Positions 1 to 9,336 of a DNA stretch of 32,000 bases are shown here, piece after piece. A model generated the notes under the pieces. The model worked only from the letters and a program-made list of their open reading frames with translations. It was not told the DNA's origin and ran no database searches. The position numbers and the translations under genes are program-made. Origin of the DNA: Candidatus Nitrospira inopinata (GTDB taxonomy: Bacteria; Nitrospirota; Nitrospiria; Nitrospirales; Nitrospiraceae). Where the stretch lies: assembly GCF_001458695.1 (NCBI RefSeq), contig NZ_LN885086.1:660001-692000 (forward strand), written 5' to 3'. Position 1 is the first letter of the stretch. Each line of letters opens with the position of its first letter.

Positions 1-1066
1 GCAGGACGTTCATATGGCCCGGCATGCGGCCGGCGACCGGATGGATGGCGAATTCCACCTCCACGCCGCGAGCCCGCAACAGAGCCGCGAGCTGCGCCAC
101 CGCATGTTGCGCTTGAGACACGGCCATCCCGAATCCAGGCACGATCACAACCCGGCGCGCGGCGTCAAACAAGAGGGCGACTTCCTCCGGCGAGCCGGTC
201 TTGACCCGTCCTTTGTAGATGTCGTCGGCCTTTCCATCGCGAGGCTCGGACGGCGTGATCCCCGCCAGGACGTCGATGAGCGACCGATTCATGGCCCGGC
301 ACATGATCTGCGTGAGGATGAAGCCCGAGGCTCCCACGAGCGAACCGGCGATGATGAGCACATTGTTATCCAACACAAATCCCGTCGCCGATGCCGCCAA
401 GCCTGAACAGGAATTAAGCAGCGCGATGACGACCGGCATATCCGCCCCGCCCACCGGCAGCACCAGTAAGAGCCCGAGCAGCGACGACACGACGACGACA
501 AACCAATAGACCGCACACGGAGCCGGAACGAGCACCAGCCAGAGTCCGAGTCCTGCGGCCGCTGCCGCCAAGGCGAACGTAACGACACGCTGGCCGGGAA
601 CCCGAACCGACTCGTCCGCGATCAGCTCTTGCAACTTGGCGAAGGCGATCACACTCCCCCAAAAGGTTACGGCGCCGACGATCCCTGAGATCACCGCGGC
701 CACGGTGAAATGATGCAGCGCGGAAACCTCCGCGTTTCGGACCTCCAACAGGCCGACGCCCGCCACGAAGACGGAGGCGCCGCCTCCCAACCCGTTGAGC
801 AACGCCACCAACTGGGGCATGGCGGTCATGCGGATCTTCACCGCCAAGGTCGCGCCGATGACGGCCCCCAACGCCAGCACCACGACGATGGACTGCATAT
901 TCACGATGCGCCGGTCGAGCAACGTCAGCCCCACGGCGATCAACATGCCCGTCGCGCCCATCACGTTGCCGCGCGGCGCACTCCTCGGATGCGCCAGCCC
1001 CTTCAGCCCGGCGATAAAGAGGGCCGACGCGACCAGATAACCCAGATTGATGAGGGCCTGATTCAT
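1..1066 (-). CDS. pntB: NAD(P) transhydrogenase subunit beta (PntB); 3' end runs off the left edge of the window
   Basis: Absent from the ORF track because no stop codon is reached. My own minus-strand translation from the ATG at 1066..1064 reads MNQALINLGYLVASALFIAGLKGL...GGADMPVVIALLNSCSGLAASATGF...VIVPGFGMAVSQAQH...AIHPVAGRMPGHMNVL and stays open to base 1. It has a multi-TM N-terminal part followed by the soluble NADP(H)-binding dIII-type motifs typical of PntB. The ATG overlaps the TGA of the upstream ORF (ATGA at 1063..1066), indicating translational coupling. Confidence 0.9.
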   Translation of the reverse strand, partial: MNQALINLGYLVASALFIAGLKGLAHPRSAPRGNVMGATGMLIAVGLTLLDRRIVNMQSIVVVLALGAVIGATLAVKIRMTAMPQLVALLNGLGGGASVFVAGVGLLEVRNAEVSALHHFTVAAVISGIVGAVTFWGSVIAFAKLQELIADESVRVPGQRVVTFALAAAAAGLGLWLVLVPAPCAVYWFVVVVSSLLGLLLVLPVGGADMPVVIALLNSCSGLAASATGFVLDNNVLIIAGSLVGASGFILTQIMCRAMNRSLIDVLAGITPSEPRDGKADDIYKGRVKTGSPEEVALLFDAARRVVIVPGFGMAVSQAQHAVAQLAALLRARGVEVEFAIHPVAGRMPGHMNVL

Positions 1067-1356
1067 TGGTCGTGTCGCGCTTGTCCTCGAAACATCCTCA
1101 ACATCCGATGGGTCACGAGAAAACCGCCCACGACGTTGATCGTCGCGAAGAGCAGGGCGGCCAACCCCAACCAGTTCGAGACAGGGTCCCGCTCCGATCC
1201 GGCCGCCAATAGGGCACCGACGATCGTGATGCCGGAGATGGCATTGGCGCCCGACATGAGAGGCGTGTGGAGCGTGGGCGGCACCTTGGTGATGATCTCA
1301 AACCCTGCGAACAACGCCAGCACGAACACCGTCAAGCCCGCGATAAAGGTATCCAT
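1063..1356 (-). CDS. pntAB: NAD(P) transhydrogenase subunit alpha part 2 (small membrane subunit PntAB)
   Basis: 97-aa hydrophobic protein, MDTFIAGLTVFVLALFAGFEIITKVPPTLHTPLMSGANAISGITIVGALL...VVGGFLVTHRMLRMF, the classic split-PntA membrane piece. An SD GGAGGAGAA lies about 6 nt upstream of the ATG at 1356. It sits between the pntAA-like and pntB-like genes. Confidence 0.88.
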   Translation of the reverse strand: MDTFIAGLTVFVLALFAGFEIITKVPPTLHTPLMSGANAISGITIVGALLAAGSERDPVSNWLGLAALLFATINVVGGFLVTHRMLRMFRGQARHDQ

Positions 1357-1484
1357 CTTGTTCTCCTCCGGCGTTTTCTATCCAAAACTCGTCCAAATCT
1401 CGTCGGATCTCACGGACCTCAACAGACCGGAAACGGCGCTTGTCGGCGAACAAGGTTCCGTCCGCCGCGGCTCGCCGTTTCCTC

Positions 1485-2666
1485 TCAGCCTGCTTCCAGC
1501 AACGTGTTCACTCGTTGATGCACGACGCCGCCGCTCCGCGCGACGAGGATCTCCTTCACAATTTCATCATCGGCCGTCGGACCAACATCGCCTTCCTGGC
1601 CAAGCCGAGGCAGCAGATACTGCAACAGACTGACGAGATTCTTCCCATAGAGCTGGCTGGCATGCGTGGGAACGAGGGCAGGCAGATTGGTGGGGCCCAG
1701 CACGGTCACGCCGCGATGGACCACCGTCTCGTTCGGACAGGTCATTTCGCAATTCCCCCCTCGATCCGCTGCCACGTCCACCACCACGGCCCCTCGGCCC
1801 ATCCGCTGGATCATCTCTTCCGTGATCAGGATCGGTGCCTTGCGACCCGGCACCGAGGCCGTCGTGATGACCACGTCGCTGGCCTCCACCACCGGAGCCA
1901 ATCCAAGCCGTTGCCGCCTATAGGTCTCCTCGTCCAACGCCTTGGCATAGCCGCTCGCCCCTTCCACGTCGCGCATATCGATCGGAAACTCGACGACCTT
2001 GGCCCCGACGCTGCGAATGTCTTCCTTGGCGCTCGGCCGCACGTCGTACGCCGAGACTGCCGCACCCAAGCGGCGTGCCGTCGCGATCGCCTGCAGACCG
2101 GCCACCCCCGCACCAATTACTAACACACGGGCCGGCGGGATCGTCCCAGCCGCAGTCGTGAGCATCGGGAACAACTTGGGCGACGCCCCGGCCGCCAGCA
2201 GCGCCGCCTTGTATCCGGCCACCGTCGCCAAAGACGACAGGACGTCCATGCTCTGCGCGCGCGAGGTCCTTGGCATCAACTCCAACGCCAACAGGGTCGC
2301 GCCAGTCGCCGCCAATTCCCGCAAGGCACGAGGGTTTCCCAAGGGATCGGCCAATCCGATGACGAGGTGACCAGGCCGGAGGAAGGCCAGATCATCACGA
2401 CCCTTCTCCCGATTGGCACCGGGAGTCCTCACTTGAAGGATCATCCGCGCCACGCCGTATAACTCCCCCCGGACCGCAACCACGCGCGCTCCCACCGATC
2501 GGTACGCGTCATCCTCGAACCCCGCCGCCTCTCCCGCCCCGGATTCGATCGATACCTCAAATCCCATCTTCACGAGCAGGGGAACATGGGAGGGTACCAG
2601 CGCGACCAGCGTCTCGCCCGGAGCGGTTTCCCTCGGCACGCCGATCTGCATTGCTATTGCGCTCAT
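1485..2666 (-). CDS. pntAA: NAD(P) transhydrogenase subunit alpha part 1 (PntAA, alanine dehydrogenase/PNT fold)
   Basis: ORF 1485..2738. It carries the Rossmann motif VLVIGAGVAGLQAIATARRLGA, the N-terminal IGVPRE string typical of PntAA, and GYKAALLAA. I place the start at the ATG at 2666 (MSAIAMQIGVPRE...) rather than the track's first start at 2738; the start is uncertain by about 70 nt. Confidence 0.88.
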   Translation of the reverse strand: MSAIAMQIGVPRETAPGETLVALVPSHVPLLVKMGFEVSIESGAGEAAGFEDDAYRSVGARVVAVRGELYGVARMILQVRTPGANREKGRDDLAFLRPGHLVIGLADPLGNPRALRELAATGATLLALELMPRTSRAQSMDVLSSLATVAGYKAALLAAGASPKLFPMLTTAAGTIPPARVLVIGAGVAGLQAIATARRLGAAVSAYDVRPSAKEDIRSVGAKVVEFPIDMRDVEGASGYAKALDEETYRRQRLGLAPVVEASDVVITTASVPGRKAPILITEEMIQRMGRGAVVVDVAADRGGNCEMTCPNETVVHRGVTVLGPTNLPALVPTHASQLYGKNLVSLLQYLLPRLGQEGDVGPTADDEIVKEILVARSGGVVHQRVNTLLEAG

Positions 2667-2992
2667 CGTCTTCTCGGATCTCCCCTTTGACTCATTCGCA
2701 TCCGTTGGGTGGGAAAAGACGTCGCCGTTTGAAATCATCCAGAGAGCTCATACGGCCTGGCGAATAATACCCTTGCAGATGAGATGCCATCGCCGAACGG
2801 TTTCTCTCATTCCATCCTATAGACCTGTTGAGACAAACGGCCATGCAGAAAGGGATATTTTGGAACAGTAGGATGAACCGGTCTGTCGCTCATTGCCACA
2901 GCTTGCTTACAGGCTTTTTCGATAAACTCCTCCCCGGAAGACCGGAAGAATGGGACTTTGCTCATCTGAGAGGGCAAACGTTCGCTTTTTGT

Positions 2993-3008
2993 TGGCATGC
3001 AAGATGCT
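2993..3008 (+). promoter_or_regulatory. Possible sigma54 (-24/-12) type promoter upstream of the cupredoxin gene
   Basis: TGGCAT-GCAAG-ATGCT. The GG and GC dinucleotides have the canonical spacing of TGGCAC-N5-TTGCW, with two mismatches. It lies about 172 nt upstream of the ATG at 3180 in a 440-bp AT-richer divergent intergenic region. Pattern match only. Confidence 0.2.
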
Positions 3009-3179
3009 CAACCTGGCTCAGAGGAAAACCACATCCAAACCAAGAAGGAAAGGACAGTGCCCGTCGCTTGTGCGCCTCTATAGCAACGACTCAGCCGAGA
3101 ATTCGACCGGTAAAAGGTGTACACTGTGCTTGCAGGGTTGTTTGATTCGGACGCTCATCACAAGACCAGAGGACTTGCC

Positions 3180-3647
3180 ATGAGAGGCAGAACAATTCTC
3201 CTGATCGGGGGGGCGGCATGTGTCCTGACTGCCGGGATGCCGTTCAATGGGAGCGTAGGACAGGCCGAAACCGTCCGCTTCAGCGCCTATGAGATGGAGA
3301 GCCAGCAGGCGGCGTGGGCCCCACAGGAAGTGATGATCCGTCGAAATGACGACGGAGAGGATGAACTGATTTTCATTCTGAACAATCCGACCGAGAGAAC
3401 CCACGCATTTGAAGCTCCGGGCTTGCTCGAAGAGATCATCGATCAGGAAGGTTCTCCCCTCACAAGACCGCTCCGGGCCACAGTGGCGCCGGGGGAAACG
3501 ATGGAGGTCGTGATCCGTTTCGCGCCGGTCGAGAGCGGTCGTGAGACCGAGCCGTCGTGTCAGGCCGGCTCCACCTGTTACCGGTTCTATTGCCCCCTCC
3601 ATCGCGGAGACAACGACCCGGGCGGCATCATTCATCTTGTCCACTGA
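3180..3647 (+). CDS. Small secreted cupredoxin-like copper protein (plastocyanin/azurin superfamily, atypical ligand loop)
   Basis: ORF 3117..3647. I start it at the ATG at 3180, which has an AGAGGA SD 8 nt upstream. It has a Sec-type signal MRGRTILLIGGAACVLTAGMPFNGSVGQA. The mature part is about 125 aa, with an upstream His in TERTHAFEAPG and a C-terminal ligand loop YRFYCPLHRGDNDPGGIIHLVH (Cys-x2-His). No Met follows at the usual axial-ligand spacing. Confidence 0.6.
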   Translation: MRGRTILLIGGAACVLTAGMPFNGSVGQAETVRFSAYEMESQQAAWAPQEVMIRRNDDGEDELIFILNNPTERTHAFEAPGLLEEIIDQEGSPLTRPLRATVAPGETMEVVIRFAPVESGRETEPSCQAGSTCYRFYCPLHRGDNDPGGIIHLVH

Positions 3648-3740
3648 CTGGCTGCACGCTCTCTGAGTCGTTTTCTTCTCGCTCCAACGAGCCTTGCGCT
3701 CCTTGGGAGCATGGCGTCTCGCCTCGTGATCCTGTCCACC

Positions 3741-6131
3741 CTACCTTGTACGACGCCGTCCCGCCTGCTTCCGTCCCGCGCTCCATCGCCAGTTTCTGAT
3801 CTCCGGCATGTCTTCTCCATACTTGGCGATGTATTCCTTATGTTCGATGCGTTTGTCCCGCAGGGCCTGTTTGACGTAGGCCGCCCGCGACTCGCGCAAC
3901 GGAATTCGATCGATCACGTCGGCGACAAGATGAAATCGGTCCAGATCGTTCAGGACGGTCATGTCGAACGGCGTCGTGGTCGTCCCTTCCTCCTTGTAGC
4001 CTCGCACATGCAGGTTCTTGTGATTGGTCCGTCGATAGGTCAATCGATGAATCAGCCAGGGATATCCATGAAAGGCGAAGATGATCGGTTTGTCGGTCGT
4101 GAACAAGGTATCGAACTCTTTGTCGGACAATCCGTTCGGATGTTCGCCGGGCGGCTGGAGCTTCATCAGATCAACGACATTGATCACCCGCGCTCTCACT
4201 TCCGGCAGATACGTCCGCAGCAACGACACGGCCGCCAACGTTTCCATTGTCGGAATATCCCCGCAACAGGCCATCACCACGTCAGGCTCGCTCTCGTGGT
4301 CGTTGCTCGCCCAGTCCCACATGCCGATACCGGCGGTGCTATGTTTGACCGCGGTGTCCATATCGAGCCACTGGGGCGCAAGCTGCTTTCCGGCCACGAT
4401 GACGTTCACGAGATTTCGGCTGCGCAAACACTTGTCGGTCACATAGAGCAACGTATTGGCATCCGGCGGCAGGTACACCCGGATCACCTCGGCCTTTTTG
4501 TTGACGACATGATCGATGAAGCCGGGGTCTTGATGGCTAAACCCATTGTGATCCTGCCGCCAGACGTGCGAAGACAACAAATAATTGAGCGAGGCGATCG
4601 GGCGCCTCCATGGAATGTGATTACAGACCTTCAGCCACTTGGCATGTTGGTTGAACATCGAATCGACGATATGGATGAACGCCTCATAGCAGGAGAAGAA
4701 CCCGTGCCGGCCCGTGAGCAGATAGCCTTCCAGCCATCCCTGACATTGATGCTCGCTCAACATTTCCATCACCCGGCCGTCTGGCGACAAACTATCGTCG
4801 TAGGGATACCGTTCCGCCATCCACGTGCGTCCCGTGACTTGCAAGACATCCTGCCAGCGGTTGGAGTTGTTTTCGTCCGGGCTGAAGAGCCGAAAGTTCC
4901 GCTGATCCAGATTGAGCTTCATCGTGTCACGCAACAACATGCCCATGATGCGCGTGGCCTCGGCATCGATTGCACCCGGTTCTGTCACCGACACAGCGTA
5001 TTCTCGAAAATCGGGGAGGCGAAGATCTTTGAGCAACAACCCCCCGTTCGCATGCGGATTGGCGCTCATGCGGCGATCACCTTGGGGCGCCAGCTCGGCC
5101 AGTTCCGGTTTCAACCGGCCGGTCTCATCGAATAAGTCCTCCGGCCTGTAACTCTTCATCCACCGTTCGAGAATCTTGACATGCGCGACCTTGTCCATAT
5201 CCCCCATCGGCACCTGATGGGAGCGCCAGTAATCTTCCACCCGCTTCCCGTCGATCTCGGCCGGACAGGTCCAGCCCTTGGGCGTGCGTAGCACGATCAT
5301 GGGCCACACCGGCCGTTGGACAGCGCCGTTGGCCAGGGCGTCCCGCTTGATCTTCTTGATCTCTTCCACCACCACGTCGAGTGTTTCAGCCATCAAGCGG
5401 TGCATCGTTCGAGGGTCGCTGCCTTCGACAAAATAGGGGTGATGGCCGTAGCCCCGCAGCAATTGTTCCAGCTCATCGCGGCTGATCCGAGCCAGGATCG
5501 ACGGATTGGCGATCTTGTAGCCGTTGAGGTGCAGAATGGGCAGCACCACGCCGTCCGTGACCGGGTTCAAAAATTTGTTCGAGTGCCAGCTTGTCGCCAA
5601 CGGACCGGTCTCCGCCTCGCCATCACCCACGACACAGGCGACGATCAGGTCGGGATTGTCGAACGCAGCGCCATAGGCATGAGAAAGGGCGTAGCCCAAT
5701 TCGCCTCCTTCATGGATCGAGCCGGGAATCTCCGGCGCCACGTGACTGGGAATGCCGCCGGGAAACGAAAACTGTTTGAACAGCCGTTTCATGCCCGGCT
5801 CATCCTGCGAGACATTCGGATAGACCTCGCTGTAAGTCCCTTCCAGATAGGCATTGGCCACTAAGGCAGGGCCTCCGTGTCCCGGTCCGGTGATGTAGAT
5901 CATGTTGAGATCATACTGCTTGATGATGCGATTGAGATGGACATAGATAAAATTGAGCCCCGGCGTCGTCCCCCAATGGCCCAACAACCGCGGCTTGATG
6001 TGGGCTCGCGTCAGGGGCTTTCGGAGCAGCGGATTGTCGTAGAGATAGATCTGTCCGACCGACAGATAATTGGCCGCCCGCCAGTAGGCGTCGAGTTTTT
6101 CGAGGAAGTCCGCTGACGGTGATTTCTTCAT
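3741..6131 (-). CDS. xfp: Xylulose-5-phosphate/fructose-6-phosphate phosphoketolase
   Basis: 796 aa. The N-terminus [24 protein letters not shown]...[16 protein letters not shown], together with [16 protein letters not shown] and [10 protein letters not shown] (ThDP-binding), are signature strings of Xfp-type phosphoketolases. A GGAGGGA SD lies about 10 nt upstream of the ATG at 6131. Confidence 0.95.
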   Translation of the reverse strand: MKKSPSADFLEKLDAYWRAANYLSVGQIYLYDNPLLRKPLTRAHIKPRLLGHWGTTPGLNFIYVHLNRIIKQYDLNMIYITGPGHGGPALVANAYLEGTYSEVYPNVSQDEPGMKRLFKQFSFPGGIPSHVAPEIPGSIHEGGELGYALSHAYGAAFDNPDLIVACVVGDGEAETGPLATSWHSNKFLNPVTDGVVLPILHLNGYKIANPSILARISRDELEQLLRGYGHHPYFVEGSDPRTMHRLMAETLDVVVEEIKKIKRDALANGAVQRPVWPMIVLRTPKGWTCPAEIDGKRVEDYWRSHQVPMGDMDKVAHVKILERWMKSYRPEDLFDETGRLKPELAELAPQGDRRMSANPHANGGLLLKDLRLPDFREYAVSVTEPGAIDAEATRIMGMLLRDTMKLNLDQRNFRLFSPDENNSNRWQDVLQVTGRTWMAERYPYDDSLSPDGRVMEMLSEHQCQGWLEGYLLTGRHGFFSCYEAFIHIVDSMFNQHAKWLKVCNHIPWRRPIASLNYLLSSHVWRQDHNGFSHQDPGFIDHVVNKKAEVIRVYLPPDANTLLYVTDKCLRSRNLVNVIVAGKQLAPQWLDMDTAVKHSTAGIGMWDWASNDHESEPDVVMACCGDIPTMETLAAVSLLRTYLPEVRARVINVVDLMKLQPPGEHPNGLSDKEFDTLFTTDKPIIFAFHGYPWLIHRLTYRRTNHKNLHVRGYKEEGTTTTPFDMTVLNDLDRFHLVADVIDRIPLRESRAAYVKQALRDKRIEHKEYIAKYGEDMPEIRNWRWSAGRKQAGRRRTR

Positions 6132-6167
6132 GGACGTTGCATCCCTCCGGTGAGATAGATTCCCGTT

Positions 6168-6232
6168 CGCTTGTCTATCTTGTTATCTTCGCTTGTTATC
6201 TTCGCCCGTTATCTTCGCTCATCATTCCGCTC
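6168..6232. repeat. Degenerate 12-13 bp tandem repeat array in the xfp upstream region
   Basis: Three near-perfect 13-mers are read directly: TGTTATCTTCGCT (6181-6193), TGTTATCTTCGCC (6194-6206) and CGTTATCTTCGCT (6207-6219). Degenerate copies flank them (CGCTTGTCTATCT at 6168-6180 and CATCATTCCGCT at 6220-6231). The array lies 37-100 nt upstream of the xfp ATG and downstream of the glgP stop codon. Confidence 0.7.
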
Positions 6233-6275
6233 ACCATCCCTCGTTTCCGGCGTTCCCGTGCGGTCTTTTCAACCG

Positions 6276-8027
6276 TCACCCGCGACGGGCATATTCTCCT
6301 GTCAGTCGATACGCTTTGTGGAGGTATTGTGAGACCATGCGCTGAGTATTGAAAAAGCCGCCGTTCAAGGCGATCGCATGGCGCATCATCTCAAGAAATC
6401 GCCCCCGATCGTTATAAAAGCAGGGAAGAATTTTCTCTTCGAGTTTTTGATAGAGTTCCGCCGCGTGGGAGGCGTCCGGATCCTGATTCGGTTCTTTTCC
6501 CGCTTCCCGGTCGCCGATCGACCAACCCGTCACGTCCTCCGCGTGCCCTTCGATCCACCAACCGTCAAGCACGCTCAGGCTGGGCACGCCGTTGATTGCC
6601 GCCTTCATGCCGCTGGTCCCCGACGCCTCCATGGGAGGAAGCGGCGTGTTCAGCCAGACGTCGGACCCGGCGCAGATCAGCCTCGCCAACGTCATATCGT
6701 AATTGGGCAGATAGACCACCGGGATCTTGCCGCGCAACGCCTGACGAATCTCGTGGATACGGCGAATCAACCGTTTTCCCTCGTGGTCGCGAGGATGGGC
6801 TTTTCCGCTGAAGACAATCTGAACGGGTCCCACCCGCTCGGCGATCGAGACCAGTCGTTCCACATCGTGAAAGATCAAGGTGCTCCGCTTATAGGCCGTC
6901 GCTCGTCTGGCACAGCCGATCGTCAGCACATCACGATCGAAGCCGGCGTTGGCTTCGCGGTTCGCATAGTCGATCAACGCGCGTTTGGCCGCGAGGTGGG
7001 CGTCCCAGATTTCTTCGAGCGGAATCCCGATCGCATAGCGCAATGAGAGTTGATCGCGCCGCCAATCAGGCAGCCGCCGATCGAACAACGTTTGAAAGGA
7101 GGGAGCGGCCCAGGTCACCGCGTGCACGCCGTTCGTAATCGAGTGGATTGGATAACCGGGGAACAGGCTGTTGGACACCTCGCCGTGTTTCATCGCCACA
7201 CCGTTGATGAACCGGGACCCGCGCAGCGCCAACTGCGTCATGTTCAAGCCATGGTTCTGGTTGCAGGCTTCCAGCCACATGCACCGCCGATCGCCGAGCA
7301 CGCGGCGCGCGAGGTCCGGAGGAAACTGATCGTGACCGGCGGGGACCGGCGTATGGGTCGTGAACACGCACTGTTCGCGAACGGCGTCAATCAGATCGGC
7401 GGGAACCGCGTGCTCGGACGAGCGGGAGGCCAACTTCTCTTCCAGCAACGCCAAGACCAGCAAGGCCGCATGGCCTTCGTTGAGGTGAAAGCGCCGAATT
7501 TGGCTATATCCCAGCGCCCGCAACAGACGATACCCGCCGAACCCCAGCACGACTTCCTGGCAGAGCCGGTACCGGTCATCACCTCCATAGAGCATGTCGG
7601 TCAGCGTGCGATCCCAGGGCTCGTTTTCGGGAAGATCCGTGTCCAGCAGATACACCGGCACTTCGCCGCCCGTTTCGCCCCGCACGCGGATCTGCCAGGC
7701 TCCGACCCGCACCGTCCGATTCTCGATCTCAACCGTCACACGCTGGGGGATCGGATGGCAGAAATCGTTGATCGGCCATGCCACCGGTTCTTCCCGTTGC
7801 CACCCCTGCTCATCCAGCCGTTGATAAAAATATCCCCGCCGGTGCAACAGCGTGACCGCCGCCAGGGGAATTTCCAGATCCGCGGCGGACCGGATCGTAT
7901 CCCCCGCCAACACCCCCAACCCGCCGGCATAGGTGGGCATGCCCGGATCGATCCCGATCTCCATGGAGAAATAGGCGACCAGCGGCTGTTCGTTTCCCGA
8001 TGTTTTGAGAAATTGTCCGTCCGCCAT
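6276..8027 (-). CDS. glgP: Alpha-glucan (glycogen/maltodextrin) phosphorylase, short GT35 type
   Basis: 583 aa. VAYFSMEIGIDPGMPTYAGGLGVLAGDTIRSAADLEIPLAAVTLLHRRGYFYQ is the typical N-terminus of the short alpha-glucan phosphorylase family. EASGTSGMKAAINGVPSLSVLDGWWIEG contains the PLP-binding Lys motif. Confidence 0.9.
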   Translation of the reverse strand: MADGQFLKTSGNEQPLVAYFSMEIGIDPGMPTYAGGLGVLAGDTIRSAADLEIPLAAVTLLHRRGYFYQRLDEQGWQREEPVAWPINDFCHPIPQRVTVEIENRTVRVGAWQIRVRGETGGEVPVYLLDTDLPENEPWDRTLTDMLYGGDDRYRLCQEVVLGFGGYRLLRALGYSQIRRFHLNEGHAALLVLALLEEKLASRSSEHAVPADLIDAVREQCVFTTHTPVPAGHDQFPPDLARRVLGDRRCMWLEACNQNHGLNMTQLALRGSRFINGVAMKHGEVSNSLFPGYPIHSITNGVHAVTWAAPSFQTLFDRRLPDWRRDQLSLRYAIGIPLEEIWDAHLAAKRALIDYANREANAGFDRDVLTIGCARRATAYKRSTLIFHDVERLVSIAERVGPVQIVFSGKAHPRDHEGKRLIRRIHEIRQALRGKIPVVYLPNYDMTLARLICAGSDVWLNTPLPPMEASGTSGMKAAINGVPSLSVLDGWWIEGHAEDVTGWSIGDREAGKEPNQDPDASHAAELYQKLEEKILPCFYNDRGRFLEMMRHAIALNGGFFNTQRMVSQYLHKAYRLTGEYARRG

Positions 8028-8126
8028 AGCGGCCTCCCCTCTCCAACGCGTCGAACGACCAGCGGATGAATGTCACGTTTTCTCTGGTGCGTGAACGGGA
8101 CGGTTCACGCGCTTCGACTCCGGCCC

Positions 8127-9299
8127 CTATTCAAGCTGTCTGCGGAACCGCCACATGCCCAGACCGAACAACGTTCCTCCCAACAGGGCCATCGCCAAGA
8201 TGGAATCCCACAGCACATCGACTCCCACTCCCTTGAGCAAGATTCCATACGTCACGTCGACGAAGTACCGGAGCGGAGACAGCGCCATGAGAGACTGCAC
8301 CCACGAGGGCATCGCCTCAAACGGCGTCGCGATGCCCGACAACAGCAGCATCGGCGAGATCACCAGCAGCGAGACCATCCCTATCTGTGCCTGGTTTCTG
8401 GTCACCGTGGCGGCGAACAGACCCAGCCCGGCCGTTGTGAAACTATAGAGCGCCGTCAGGACGAAAAACAGCGCGAGGCTGCCCCTCACCGGCACGCCGA
8501 AGACCGGCTTCAGCACGATCGCCATCGCGAGCGCCGTGGAGGCCAGAATCACCAGCGTCATGGCCAGCACCTTGGACAACATGATCTGGAGAGGAGTGAC
8601 GGGCGCCACGAGCAACTGCTCCACGGTGCCGTGCTCCTTTTCCCGGACGAGGGCCGCCGCCGGCAGCAGAAACGCGAACAGCGTGATCATGCGCAGAATG
8701 TGGGAAATCGACTGAAACCACGTTTCATCCTGATTCGGGTTATACCACACCCGATGGGCGCTCTCGACGACCGGCATGTCCATCCGGCCGCCCGATGCCC
8801 CGATGAGACGAGACGACGTCAGGTCGGAGGAAAACTCGCCGACGATACGGGCCGCATAGGAGGCCGCCGAAAGTCCTTGAGGCGCGTTGGTCGTATCGAC
8901 CTGCAACTGGATCGAGACCGGCTCGCGCCCGCGGATGGACTCGTGGAACCGAGGCGGAATGTCCAGCAGGAGCATCGCCGTTCCCCGATCCAGCCGCTCC
9001 AATCCCGTCTTCGGATCATGCACCTCTCCGTCGAACCGAAAATACGGCTCGCGGAACCGGCGAATCAGCTCGCGCGACGACTCGCTGCGGTCGCCGTCAT
9101 GCACCAACAAGCTGGCGTTGTTCAATTGCATCGTCATTCCGGCGCCGCTGATGTAGACCGACAGAGAGAAAGAATAGATCACGAAGAGGAGCAAGGGCAC
9201 GTCGCGCCTCAGTTGCAACAACTCCTTTCTCGTCATCACGAAGAGACGGAGCGCCCACACACGCGCGGCTTCGCTTCTCACGAGGCCGTTTTTCTTCAC
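8127..9299 (-). CDS. ABC-2 type transporter permease (YbhR/YbhS-like)
   Basis: 390 aa. It has an N-terminal cytoplasmic segment plus TM1, a large periplasmic loop, then a cluster of 5 TM helices (ABC-2 architecture). The GTG start at 9299 has a GGAGGAG SD 6 nt upstream. It follows a paralogous permease and a duplicated ATPase. Confidence 0.8.
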   Translation of the reverse strand: MKKNGLVRSEAARVWALRLFVMTRKELLQLRRDVPLLLFVIYSFSLSVYISGAGMTMQLNNASLLVHDGDRSESSRELIRRFREPYFRFDGEVHDPKTGLERLDRGTAMLLLDIPPRFHESIRGREPVSIQLQVDTTNAPQGLSAASYAARIVGEFSSDLTSSRLIGASGGRMDMPVVESAHRVWYNPNQDETWFQSISHILRMITLFAFLLPAAALVREKEHGTVEQLLVAPVTPLQIMLSKVLAMTLVILASTALAMAIVLKPVFGVPVRGSLALFFVLTALYSFTTAGLGLFAATVTRNQAQIGMVSLLVISPMLLLSGIATPFEAMPSWVQSLMALSPLRYFVDVTYGILLKGVGVDVLWDSILAMALLGGTLFGLGMWRFRRQLE

Positions 9300-9336
9300 C
9301 GTCGCTCCTCCGCGGTTCCCGTTCGAACGAACCGGC

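Noticed and set aside
2920-2927. Recurrence of a GATAA(A)C core in sense orientation upstream of three genes: CGATAAAC at 2920-2927 before the cupredoxin, CGATAAACA x2 at 30126-30149 before the MCO, and GAAGATAAC x3 at 6181-6219 before xfp. This hints at a shared regulator
   Set aside because: The shared core is only 6-8 nt, differs by an indel between sites, and is AT-rich within AT-richer intergenic DNA. My rough expectation for the 8-mer is about 0.5 chance hits per window. I could not scan the whole window exhaustively, so I do not claim a regulon.
2807-3145. Small ORFs (63 aa on -, 105 aa on +, 77 aa on +) in the pntAA/cupredoxin divergent intergenic region
   Set aside because: They mutually overlap, have no SD, lie in an AT-richer non-coding-like region and have unremarkable sequences. 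The region is more likely promoter/leader DNA.
3711-5135. A 474-aa plus-strand ORF antisense to xfp. There are similar long plus-strand ORFs at 7050-8069, 8070-9359, 13864-15243, 15250-16722, 17017-17826 and 20342-21286, plus the short ORFs at 14-406 and 710-1633 over pntB/pntAB
   Set aside because: All are shadows of strongly supported minus-strand genes. They are Arg/His/Gln/Pro-rich low-complexity translations with no family resemblance.
8089-8110. An 8-bp inverted repeat (GCGTGAAC-N6-GTTCACGC) between the last ABC permease gene and glgP
   Set aside because: On the transcribed (minus) strand it is followed by an A-rich rather than a U-rich tract, so it is not a canonical intrinsic terminator. 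It may be an operator or nothing at all; the evidence is insufficient.
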